Shown here in pieces: positions 51,601 to 63,734 of a stretch of 64,000 nt of DNA. Position numbers and translations under genes: made by a program. Every line of letters starts with the position of its first letter. The stretch's first letter is position 1. Where the stretch lies: the NCBI GenBank assembly GCA_051294905.1, contig CM119372.1, forward strand, positions 1,426,001-1,490,000, given 5' to 3'. The notes below the pieces were generated by a model. That model saw only the letters and a program-made list of their open reading frames with translations, made no database searches and was not told the origin of the DNA. The stretch comes from Botryllus schlosseri (lineage: Eukaryota).

Positions 51601-54600
51601 TGCCTGAATGCACTGTCTGCTTGCCCCATACGTATGACCATGTAACCAACAATTGATTTCCAGTTAAATTCGGCTGAAGGTGAGCGGAACCAAAGATTCC
51701 GAATCACACGAAGTCGACTGTATGCAAATAGGGATAGTTCAATTAGTAAAGGTACCTCGTATATCGCATGTGTTTCGAAAAAGCCCACATTGATATATTA
51801 TTAATATATATTCATATACATAAATGTTCATATTATATGGGATATGTTGACGTACGCAGTAGATAATAGCGTACATTTGCATAGTATTGTCACCGAATAC
51901 CGCAAGATTGTGGATGATCCTTCACAAAGCGACATCACAAGCCATTATCCGTAACATGCACATAACATCTGGCATCACGAAAAGCATGCAGTCAAATAGT
52001 CACAGTGTGTCGTATGCATAATCGCATACTGAATGCAAATCTTCGTAATAAGCATGCCGGGTAGTCAATTACCGAGGGCTTATTGGGGCCTATTATTGTT
52101 CACTGCAGGTATACAAGGTTTGTATATGAAGCATTGGAGTGAGGCTACATCCAGACCATTCGTTCAGATAACAAACGTATCATTCACTGTCGGAGCATTT
52201 CTTGCACCAATCATAGGTACGAATTAATAGCAATATATATAAGATCAGGAAACTCTTACTCAAAATAACTATATTGTTTTACTACAATGGATGCTGTATT
52301 AAAAGCTATTTTCAAGTTTTGCACCACGAACCAGCTATTTTCCTACTCAACATGAGTGGATTGGTAATTTTCCATGGGATGGTTTACAATTCAGGAAAGC
52401 TACAAATATATACGCCATTTTTTTCTGAACTAGGTCCAATTTATCATTATCACGTGTATACCATTCGCTTTGCAAGTGTGATTGTGAGTGGACTAAAATG
52501 ATTTCAAAAATATTTTATCATATTCAAGCGAAGCCATTTCTCGAAATGGAGAGCCGGCATCACACCAACGCCAGGACCTGCCTCACCGACTCAAGGAATT
52601 CCGTGTATGACACGAACCATACTGCAGGTTTGTAGTATTTCTCTCCGACATTAATTTGACAGAGACGATCAAAGTAGATGTAAATTTCTACGGTTATTAA
52701 AATTATTTTATTCTTTATTCATAGTAAAATTGGTAAATACACACATAATCCGGTGGGCAACCTGTCCCCAAAAGAAAATGACGAGATTGGAGTATAAAAT
52801 TTCAGTAATACAGTCAAATTGTTATTCCTATGCAGTACTTGAAGAGGTCAGATTACAGAATTGCAGTAGATGAAGAATTGGCAAGGGTTATAGAGCAGAG
52901 GTAGAGATGATTGAAAATGAAGAATCGAAATTACAAAAATTATGCTGTGATTCACAAATGTAATTTTAGTCCTGTGGTGCATGCAAGGTCTTCCGAAGAA
53001 TATGCAGAGTGTCCAATAGCGTGATATTGTGGATGATGTCGAATCGAACGTTACCCGGGATATGTTGGATATGTCTCATGAGTTTTTTGCTTACGACTCC
53101 TGTAGCGCCAATGACTATCGGTACAATGTTTATTTTGCATCGACACATTTTCTCACATTCGATTTTTAGGTCTGCGTAATTCGATTGTTTTTCTGATTCT
53201 TTTTGTAGTATATTCTGATGAGCTAGGACGGCCAGTTCAATGAATAGGCATTCTCTTTCCTTTTTTAGTTTGATTATCATATCCGGGCGGTTGCTCCTGA
53301 TTTCGCAGTCAGTCATAACTGGTACATCCCAAAGAATGTTTACTTCGTCGTTTTCCGTCACTGGTGCAGGGTTATAATCATACCAATATTTTGGCGAAGT
53401 GGTGATGTCAAATGTTTGCATGATTCAAGTTGAATGTTGTGACCTATCCTGTTGTGTCTCCATGTGTATTCGTTAGCTGCAAGGGCGCCACAGCCAGACA
53501 TGAGATGTGCTACAGTTCATTTTGGTTCGGGCACATTCTGCATTGGCTGTCCGTGTTTTGCTTCAGAATTCTTTTGCGATAGTATTTTGTAGGAAGCGAT
53601 TGGTCTTGTGCTGCGAAAATGAATCCTTCGCTTGCCGGTTTCAGGCCAGAGCTGGAGAACCTGGTCCATGGTAGCTCATCTACATGGGGCTGTGAAGTTA
53701 ACTTTTTGTGCCATCCATGAAGACAGAGGCATCGACTTTCATATCGTTTGTCTCATTTTGAGTGTTGCGTTTGTGTATTGAACTCGTGCTGCTTTTGCTA
53801 TTGTTGTGGGTTTGGCAACAGTATGTTCACTTGTTCAGCAGTGTACAGTAGGGTTGTTCAAAAACAACTTTTTTTTTCAAATTTCACTCGCTTACTCATA
53901 AAATGGTCAGGTTGCCTAACAAAAAACACAACTTGCCTAATTTGGGTCAATTCCGACCAGTAAGTGCCGTGCAATCTTAAATTGAAATTTCGACCATTTT
54001 TGAATTTATTGTATTTATGGTGAAAAATTTCGACACTTCGATATGAAAAAATATCGTGTTCCAAGCATGCCTGAGGGAAAGTGATGCTTTTTACATGCGT
54101 TTACATTTTGATAAAGGCATGTGATCGAGTTTGGATGATGAAATTGCTAATATATGAAAAATGAATATGACACAGATAATCTAGAACTACATTGAAAGAG
54201 CCCCGTGAAAGCGATAGTGATATACATCGCATATGAATACTTTCAGCACTGAAAATGAGTTGCTAAGCAGGTACAATGCAGTAAAATATATTTCCTCGAC
54301 TAGAGGCGATATCTTTTGTCGCACCAGTGTGAATTTCACGTAATCAGAGCAAATGAGCTTGTGGATAACAGCACTCCGCAATAAAGCGCATTGTCGTATT
54401 ACTAGGCCAAGTGTAGACTCTAGACCAGTGCTTTGCAACCTGTGTGACGGTTCGCACTTGTGCGAATGAAAAAAATTGCAGTGCGAATGAGGAAGGTGGT
54501 GCGAATAGTACGAATGAAAATCCGGATCAAGTGCGAATGAAAATCGTTAATAATTGTTGATTTTTCTGACGTGGAATAATTCAAATAAACCTAATAGCAA

Positions 54601-57415
54601 ATTTAGGGTCTGTGTAACTTTTGTAGAGGCGACGCAATTATAAAAACTCGTTTAACTGACCACGCACCAATATCGTCGAAGACCGTTAGGATGAACTAGT
54701 GAGGGGTGTGCAACGAGCGACTTCAGGCCTAGTGAGAATCATTCATTTCGAGGCCAACCCCTTCTGCGTCGGGGAACATGAAAACGTAAAGTTTTGGCAA
54801 CGAACCGCTGATAAAATGCGGTGCCAAAAACATAAGCGGCGACAAAACCTTGGTCTAAAAATGAGCGATGCTGGATGGCCAAATCTTTTAATATGGATAT
54901 GCTCCATTGTCGGCACGAAATAGTCCCGTTCTTGCGATGTGCGTAGTCATAGTACATCTGTGACTCGCGGAGGAATTTAATCCGGCCTAATTTGAAATCG
55001 CGTGCATCAGGGATGTTTTGCAGACCTGTGTTGGGTAGAATTGTGGTGTGCACGTTCTGTATGTCATACATGTCCGCAAAATCGCGGCACACAAGTGCAA
55101 TATTAAAAATGAATTCGCTTTCATGGGTGAGGCTCGGGTCTCGAGATGCCCCAAAAACTCAGATCTTGGTGGTAGTCTAAAGCTGCTTTACCGTTATTAA
55201 TTTGTTGTGAATTCTCAAGTTAGATTGAGCTAAAGAGCAGAACACACAGTATCGTGAGTTTATTTGCTCTTCTCATATAGTCGCGAGACAGAAGTTGCAG
55301 TAACGTATCGTAAGATAGGAAGCTCTAATGTGCCTACTCTCCTCGATCGTTTTGGCACCTTATGTTCCAAGACATAAGGCAAAATCCCCAACACAAACAT
55401 GTGGATTTTTCACCTTTTCGACAAGCTGGAACCTCCGGTACCTTTGTGTAAGCTATAAAAACCTATTGCAGCCAGCAAGCATTTTTCACTCGCGAAAAAT
55501 ACACTGTATTTTGGATAGGAGTACAAAACCCATAACAACTTATGCTTGGCCGAGAAGGATTTCCGTAAAATAGATGAAATCAAAACGAGCGAAAGCAGTT
55601 GCCTTTTTATAGAGACACTTCATAGATAAGCTACATTAGCCAATTTGTCGCACATCTGAACAAAATGTTGTTAAGTATCTTCTTTTTCTTTTTGTATAAC
55701 AAATTTCGATTAGCTTGTGCGAATGAAATTTATTTTACAAAAAAAGTGCGAATGGAGCCTAAAAAGGTTGAAAAGCACTACTCTAGACAATTGTAAGGAA
55801 AGACAATGATCAATAATCTGGAGATTATATTTTTATCCGATCAAGACACACACAATGCGATAAGACACCATGCGATGTAATGAACACCTAGGAGGATGCC
55901 GAACGACGCGCAATTGCGGTGTCTTAAACTGACATCCACCTCGGCCCAGCGCCCGAAGTGACGGTTCATTTTCAATGTTGATCTTTATGCCGTTCTAGCT
56001 CTTCCCGTTCCTTGCGAGTGTTTTCTTTCATCGGGTCTTTTTTCACCACCAAGTCTCGAGGATGATATGAAGTGGCTCAGAAGACTTAATGATATGAGGA
56101 AGATATGTCATCATTATTATCAACCAAGTGGTAACATGACATACCTCAATCATCCCATTGTTGGTTGACGCGAGTGCACTACGGTACATATAAATGGCCT
56201 ATGATGATTCAGAACCGCTAAAATTCGTGAATAATGCCTCAGCACTCGTAATTCGCCTCGTGGAGGTATATAGGAGTCGTGAAAAGCAAATATCATAACG
56301 CATTGCGAACAGAACAGCCAAAACGCCGTCAAATCTACATCGTCACGTCAAATTAGCAATTTCATAATCTGAACTCTATCACAGCCCAGTATAAAGATGG
56401 AAACCCGTTAAAAAAGCATTACTTTCCATTCAGGCAAGCCTGGAACACGATATTTGGTCATAGAAGTGTCGAAATTTTTCACCGTAAATACTATAAATTC
56501 AAAAACGGAAGAAATTTCAATTTAAGATTGCACGGTCGTTGATTGTTGTTAGGGACATTGGTTACAACCCTGTCAGTGGATTAGTCAATTTATGCCGAAT
56601 GATGAGCGCCATGCAATCTTCGGCAAGGAATGTCCGGGAAGAGTCATATCTTTGACAATGAAACATTATATGGCCAACTGTTTCCGGGACACACTCCACG
56701 GAGTGGCAACCAAGCTTGAATAGGTGTGCTGCTGGTCAGCAGCGGCGTGCGGATTAGTATAAACTATTCAAGCAGATGTAGAAAAGTAGTACTGAAGGAA
56801 GTAGCTCCACGAACTAGACTCGTTAGATGGGCCGAATACTTTCAGCAGGTTTTAGGAAGTGGTGAAAGTGTACTTTTGAAATTACAAGATTTATCTTCGC
56901 TACTGACAAAAAAATGGCTAATTACATTACAAATTGGTGCAATCTTTGGATAGATATTTTATTCTTTTATAACAATGCCACTACTAAAAATGATGCAAAC
57001 TCGTCTCAAAACTATTTTCTATATTTGAAAATACAAAGTGTAGAAATTTTGTAATTTTACCAAAAAAGTACTTGAGCACTTGGGGAAGTAGCCTATTACA
57101 AGTAGCCAGTAACTATTTGATTACTCAGAAAAAGTCGTAGTGGTACTTGGTTACTGGTGCTCTTTAGTTTAGCGTGAATATCTTGTATGCCGCTCAATCT
57201 GCGACATGTATAAAAGATGTGCGCACAAAAATCCGTATACAAATGATCGCGATTGATGATATTCATGATTGCAGCGGAAGCAGATACGTTCGACCCCGTG
57301 ATTTGGTCCTTTGTCACGATTGGCGCGTACGCCACACTCGTAGCCGTAATCTTCATCGTCCTTGGGTTATGCAACATTGGGAAGAAGATCTTCCAAGATC
57401 AAAGGATTGAGATAG
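48621..57415 (+). CDS. MFSD4: MFSD4-like transporter copy C, partial; exons 48621-48679 (tentative), 50573-50750, 51164-51280, 52109-52216, 52529-52627, 57275-57415; remainder presumably beyond the window
   Basis: Exon lengths 178/117/108 as in A and B, phases consistent. GLFMSITGPTLQFLA, RPFVQITNVSFTVGAFLAPIIAKPFL, FDPVIWSFVTIGAY (cf. copy A FNPVNWCFVITGTY). The next intron is filled with nested MITEs to the window end. Confidence 0.85.
49433..50228. mobile_element. hAT MITE, same family as 37299-38140
   Basis: cagtggttctcgac/gttgagaaccactg; perfect TSD ATCTATAC. Confidence 0.88.
50770..51106. mobile_element. Best-delimited copy of the CAGACTTGGACAACTAG MITE family (hAT-like)
   Basis: cagggttggacaactaga/tctagtcgtccaagtctg; TSD ATTATGAA/GTTATGAC (6/8). 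Confidence 0.75.
52700..53848 (-). mobile_element. 5'-truncated R4/Dong-clade (restriction-like endonuclease) non-LTR retrotransposon, antisense in a copy C intron
   Basis: ORF 52966-53421 ILWD...TD...NRPDMII...IELAV...EK..NYADL...VPIVIGATG. Upstream frameshifted FIFAAQDQSL and CCHC knuckle CRMC...AHLMSGC...RHN; AT-rich tail. Confidence 0.85.
54426..55780. mobile_element. Second, inverted copy of the CAGTGCTTTTCAACC hAT element
   Basis: TIR cagtgctttgcaacc/ggttgaaaagcacta; perfect TSD CTCTAGAC; reverse-complement homology to 13457-15132. Confidence 0.9.
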
Positions 57416-57422
57416 GTAAGAC

Positions 57423-58144
57423 CAGGGTTGCCTATACAACAAAAATCAACTTAAAACAAACATGTTTAAAACAAGGTCCTTGTTTAAAACAGGTTTTAAG
57501 CCAAAACGTCACCAATATTCAATTGTGACGCCATAGTGAATTCACATTGACAACTGAAAATACAGGGTAAATATGGCTCCTTTGACGGAATATCTGTTCT
57601 ATAGCTGTTGGACCGACTAAAGTGGGGAAGTTTCGACCATCCCATGTCGATATACCTCGGCTATTTCAGGTGGTTATTGTCCGGGGGCTCATACAATAAG
57701 TACTTTAGAAAGTGTTTACACAATTATGGATAGTTTTACAGCTAAAGAAACACTTTGTTTTTTAAAGGCATGTTCTAGGGGGGCGAAAATGACGAAGGGG
57801 GCGATAGGGGGGCGAAAATGGACAAAGGGGGCGACGGGGGGTGAAAATAGTGAAGGAGGCGATAGGGGGGCGATGACGCGTCAAAACAGCTGACCTTTTT
57901 TTTTAGTAGACCCACGGAAATTTAGTTACAACAGTGTCAAATTAGGGTTCTTGCAATAAAGTTGACCTTTTTTTTAATCAACCCGCCGGTGATTTCAGAT
58001 TGTATGCCCAATTTTCGGTACACAAAATTTGGGGGGCGATGATCGGTGTTGAGCTTGAAAAGGGGGCGATGGGTCGAAAAAGGTTGGGAACCACTGTTTT
58101 AAACAACGTGTTTTAAACAACCATTTCTTTTAAATGCAACCCTA
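57423..58144. mobile_element. hAT-type MITE (CAGGGTTGC termini, TTTAAAACA repeats) with a nested TCGCCCCC MITE fragment
   Basis: cagggttgc/gcaacccta; flanks GGTAAGAC/GGTTTTAC (5/8); family end also seen at 16441. Confidence 0.65.
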
Positions 58145-59890
58145 GGTTTTACGCTCATTTCAAATTATGGTATCAGAATTTCATCGAAATGCAACATTCG
58201 GCGATTTGACAAGTTACTGTACAATGTACATGCTGATGTATAGCCTACGGCAGGGGTCGAGAACCTTTTTCGTCCGAAGAACCATATTTGCCCTATACTT
58301 AGTACTTCAGCTCTCAGAGAGCTATACATGTCAATCAATTGTTACGTCACAATCGATAGTTCGTGACGTCATGGTAACAGTAATTCGAACTTAATATAAC
58401 ATGGATTCCTTCATGTGCGTCATATATTTTCTCAGTAAAAACTCGTGTTAATCATGGTGGTTACCTTATTGGAGCATGTGAAATTTGATTTACATAGATC
58501 TTTTGCAAGTTACAGCTTTTTAATCACATTACAGTGAGAGCCATATGGTATTTTTCGAAGCTTAAGACGATTAACATTTCCGACAGTAGAAGTGGGAATC
58601 TACTATTGACACGTTTATTACAGTGCGTCTATTAGTGTTGCATGGTATTACTGATGGCTTTGTATACTGGGTGATAATTGATGAGGTTAACCTTCATGTA
58701 AAATTTGAGACTTTCGTCAGTTATACGAGATCGTAGGTTCGTCTTGATCAGGGATTTTCAACCTTTTTGCTATTCACGGCCGCATTTCGATTACGTGATT
58801 AAGTATAAAGCGTACGGCCGCATTCCGAGGTACAGTCATTAGGGATAACCTGGACGTCAAATACCAATGTTAAATCGGCTATACTTGGGACTTCGCGTCG
58901 CAGACAGCCCTTGTGGTTTCTGTGCCATCATAATTTTCTTGGGAAATATCTTGCATAAGAAAGATTTTGACAGAACAGATTTTAGCAAAATGCCCAAGCA
59001 GGCTTATTATACCGTACCCACCGAAATCGCGAATATTAGGGGTATTAAAAGTTACTGAAAATAGTGGTCTAATCGCTCCGAGCGCATAAATTTTCATCTT
59101 TATGCATGGATTTCGTCGATAATATTGATAGTTACACAAAGCATGTATTTATATCAAGTATTTAGTCCAGTGGTTCCCAAACGGTGGGGAATTCAATGGT
59201 TTCTGGTGGGGAATAGACGCATTTGTTAAAAATTCATAGAGGACAGTCTACATATTCAAAGAGACACATGTGCAATTTCCGTTACCAGTTATAACTGCTC
59301 TGGAATGTATGTACCAGACATGGGGTGATTACTTCACGAATGTAATCGATTGCGATTACGATTACTTGTGAATCCCACGATTACGATTACGATTACGATT
59401 ACAGCAAAATCAGGAAGTAGTCGATTACGATTACGATTACATTTCAAAAGTAATCACGATTACTCACGATTACATTCGTTTTGCTTCTTAGAACTAATTT
59501 CAGAAGACATATTGGAAGACAATATAAGGCTTGCGATGAAAAGGTCTAATGAGATAACAACTTTCTTTATAAATCATACGTCATCTGCTTGTTACGTCAT
59601 AATGCACCCATTGCCTAACTCTACGCAGGATTGTTCGTCGCACCCAACGATTTGCATTCTTGCCAGGTCCGTAACTGCCACACCCCAAACTCCCCAATAG
59701 GACCGGGAGCGAGCTCTAAGGGGACTCAAAAGTATTTCGTAAATCAACATAAATTGTTATAGAGTATTTTCAAGACAGTTAATTAACTTGAAAATTTTCT
59801 TCGAGCTTCGGGATTTATTGTCTCTAAATAGCTTGATTTTGAAATGCATACCTCTCCCTCTCAAGAAAAAAAAGCAAGCATAATTTATAG

Positions 59891-62732
59891 CAGTGGTTCT
59901 TAACCTTGCCACCAGCGCCCCCCAAGGGGCGCTGGCGATTTTGAAGGGGGCGGAGACGCCCAGGGGGCGATATGGGGGGCGCTGGGCTCAGGGGGGCGAA
60001 AAGGGGGCGCTGAAGAAAAATGGCTTCGCCGTAGATGATGTGATAGTAGGACATATCCTTAATGAGTATTCAGAACAAATTAACATTCCACAAAACATGT
60101 CAAATCCCGAAATTTTTGGTCGCGCTACGCGCCGATGTTTGCTGCATATGTAGTAGGCCTATGTAGTGGGTTATTATAATTCATATAAAACGAATTGCGC
60201 GTACTTTTAGATCGCCAATATTTCGTTATTTATTACACTTCCGTCACACTGGCTAGGGTTATTTTAAACAAAATGTTTCGAATTACATTATATCCCGCAG
60301 TGCATCGCGTCTGAAAATCGAAGAAGGCACTGTATGTCACTTTTGATTGAGAGTGGGAGCCCCTTGTACAATGTACATAATATAAGTTTTGAAGCATTGT
60401 GCACGAAATGAATAACTAAATATACTTGTATTTGAGAGCTACAAAATTAAATATCTAGAATATTTCTTCAGCATCATAAAGGATGATACTATCTCGTGTC
60501 GTGGTTCACAACCTCACATTAACGTTATATAATATGAGTTTATTTGTTTGGAATAAATTCATGTTAAAGTTAATAACTGGGTACAGTACTAAATTCAATG
60601 TGAGCATATGCATCCAATTCTCAGTTGACTTACTTATAGTCACGCAAAGCACTAAGACAAACTCCAATACCATTAATTTTCCGTATTGCTAATCGCCGAT
60701 GTGAATTTGGGAGGGTTCGAACCGCAGGGTATGAGACGTGAGACCGTACCCGATTGTTGATATACCAACCTTGATTTGACCCTTAATATACCGCAAACAA
60801 TTATAATATGGTTTATTATAGTCGAATGGTCCTCGAGCGCGATTAAAGCGCGAAAAATTTCCAATACCAAATTCCCAAAAAGAGCGACTGAACTTTGACC
60901 TCTTACCAAAACCGAAACTTCTGCAACCCAAACCCCTAATCGGGTAGCTCGAATGGTGCCCTAAGTTATTTCGGTGAATGAACATAAATTAAACATTATG
61001 TTTTCACGACTCCCCCACGAAAGAATACGCATAATTATACAAAATGAAAATTGGCATTTCGGCGTCGGCCTGTACCACGCCACGATGATCGAAGACATAT
61101 CAAGTTCCGGTAAATATGGGACTCTGAGAAGTGTGTCAAAAAGATCGTCGGCGAGAAAACCTTAGCCGAAGAGGATTGCCCGTATGTTGAGCGTAAACTT
61201 CGATATAAGTCTATAATTTTCCATAGGTGCTTAAATCGCTCGTGCCGAATTATCATGTCGTCGCATGTTGAGCAGTGTTGGGATCAAGTCACTACCTTCG
61301 AGTCACGAGTCATCTCGAGTCATTGCACATTTTGACTCGAGTCAAGTCAAGTCAATCGATTTTTTAAGGTAACTCGAGTCAAGTCAAGTCGAGTCAAGTC
61401 ACGGGTCAAGTCACAATTCAAGTCAAATTGAATCTTCGAAGTATCAGTGATGATTCAAAGTCATAGCATTTTGCCAGATGCGTGAAAGACAGATTAATCG
61501 GCCATTTAGCTTGAATCAAGTAACGAATATGAAGTTAAATATACAAGCAAAAAGGCGATCTATCGCACATGCACACGTAGAACTGCTAATAAAATACGTG
61601 ACTAGTTACATGCTACAGTCTGTTATTATCAGCCAAAATAGACGATCGAATACGAAGTTTCGAGATGTTTAAACAAATTGATATGGTACAATACACTACC
61701 CAGCTACACGTCCGTGAGAATATAAACGCATGAACTATGTTCATTCGGTTTAAATCTTACAGGAGGGTTGATAAAGGTGAGCACCGCTTAATGTAGAAGC
61801 GGCGAGTCGACTAAGAAACAAATACGTTTCCACTAACCTACTACGACAACATGCACCTTAATCATTTCGTTTGCGTTCAATTTATTTGTGATGTAACAAT
61901 CGAGGACCAGAGAAACCTACAATAAGTGAATGACTGGTTGCTCTCACAAGTGCCACCAGCGTATCGCGAATAATCCGAACATACACATGATGCAGTGATT
62001 TAGTCAACACCATTTACATATTAATGACTTGAAATTGGCTCGTAAATTTTGTTCCGAGTCAGGAGTCAATCCACATTTCTGAAGCGTCGAGTCACGTAAA
62101 GTCATTTTTTGCAAAGTGACTCGAGTCAAGTCAAGTCATGACTCGAGTCATCCCAACATTGATGTCGAGACACCAATTTCGAATCGTATGCTTACTTTAG
62201 TTTAATGCGTTTATGCGTTTCAATATCTTTTGACTATATAGCGGACAAAATAACAATTTGTAACGAAATAGTTTGTACCAACGGGCACGCCGGAATATGT
62301 TTAATTATTAATTACGTGGCCTTCATTTTCCAAGACAACAGCTCACTCAGCGCTACTGGTAATTCTGATTACGTGGACTGAGACGATAAAAAGTTTATAG
62401 CGACATATATATGCAATTACCACCTATTTATTCATGCATTATTGAAAATTTTTGCGCCTATGGTGACCAGGCTACACACACTTTGCTGACCATAGAAATC
62501 ACGCGACGGGGTTCTTGGGAGTTAAGCCCCAGAAGTTTGGTTTATCCCGCTATATGTGCGCAAGACAATCGTTTTTTAGGGTGGCTGACGAAATGCTGTT
62601 ACGGCCCTCCCACTTACCCATTGTCTTTATTACAGTCCTTACCATATGTGGGGGGAAGGGGGGTTGGGGGGGCGCTAGAGCCCGATAATTTTTGAAAGGG
62701 GGCGCTGGAGGAAAAAAGGTTAAGAACCGCTG
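59891..62732. mobile_element. hAT (Buster-like) element with GGGGCG subterminal repeats
   Basis: cagtggttcttaacctt/aaggttaagaaccgctg; perfect TSD ATTTATAG. Confidence 0.9.
61273..62161. mobile_element. hAT MITE with CAAGT/GACTCGAG repeats, innermost element of the nest
   Basis: cagtgttgggat/atcccaacattg; TSD ATGTTGAG/ATGTCGAG (7/8). Confidence 0.88.
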
Positions 62733-63179
62733 ATTTATAGGAATAGAAATTTAGGTGGCGGTCATTACCCCGCCACGACACACCGAAAGACGTATGCAAT
62801 TTCGGCCAACATGCAACTCCACAAAGTGTGCTACCATAGAATGACCTTTGTGCCAAAACTTTGGGTATGTGTCCATTGTCAATAGCCGCGATCTGTGGAC
62901 GTGACGAATAGTCCGGTCCTTCCAATCTGAGCCCCAACAATGCAAATGCCACCCGGGGCACTCACAGAGGAATAAAGACATGACAATTTGTGTGTGCGTC
63001 CCACGAAAGTTTTTCAATGAAGTAATTATAACAACATACTAGATGCTATAATTATGAATTACGTGCCCCCAGCTCTACCGGTAAATCTGAATGAATAGCA
63101 ACATGATGCAATTACCAATATTATTGACGAAATTCAGTCATCAACTTGAAAACTGACCACCCTATGGAGCCCCAATACC

Positions 63180-63734
63180 TAGGGTTGTAATGCCTCGAGT
63201 CGTGATTTTTTGGTGACTAGACTTGACTTGAGTCATTTTTTCTAATACGTAAATTGACTCAACTCGAGTCAATTTTTGTATTGACTCGACTTGTACTCGA
63301 GTCATTTTGCATGACTCGAACCAAGTCACATTACTCGAGACTAGAACAGCCAAGACAGACATTCCATGTAACTTCGAAAAATAGTAAAGTTACCACATTA
63401 TTTGTATTTCGTCTATCAGTCCTGATACTTAGAAATAGGGCCGTAAACTGTGAAAAATGATGAAAATTACTATATTATGAATACGAGCCATTATATATCA
63501 CTAGAGCAGAGATGAAACAAGCGGGTGGAACCGGATTGATCTGAAAACTGATCTGTGAACATAACGACTTGGACTAGTACTCGAGTCAAACACTATGACT
63601 AAGACTCGACCCTATACTAACTGATTTGGACTCGGACGTGACTTAATTGAAAATGACTCGACTTGACTCGAGTCAAAACTATCAAAGTGAGATTGACTTG
63701 TGACTCGGAACATTGTGATGTGGTTACAACCCTA
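63180..63734. mobile_element. hAT MITE, same family as 2200-2725
   Basis: tagggttgtaa/ttacaacccta; perfect TSD CCAATACC. Confidence 0.9.
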
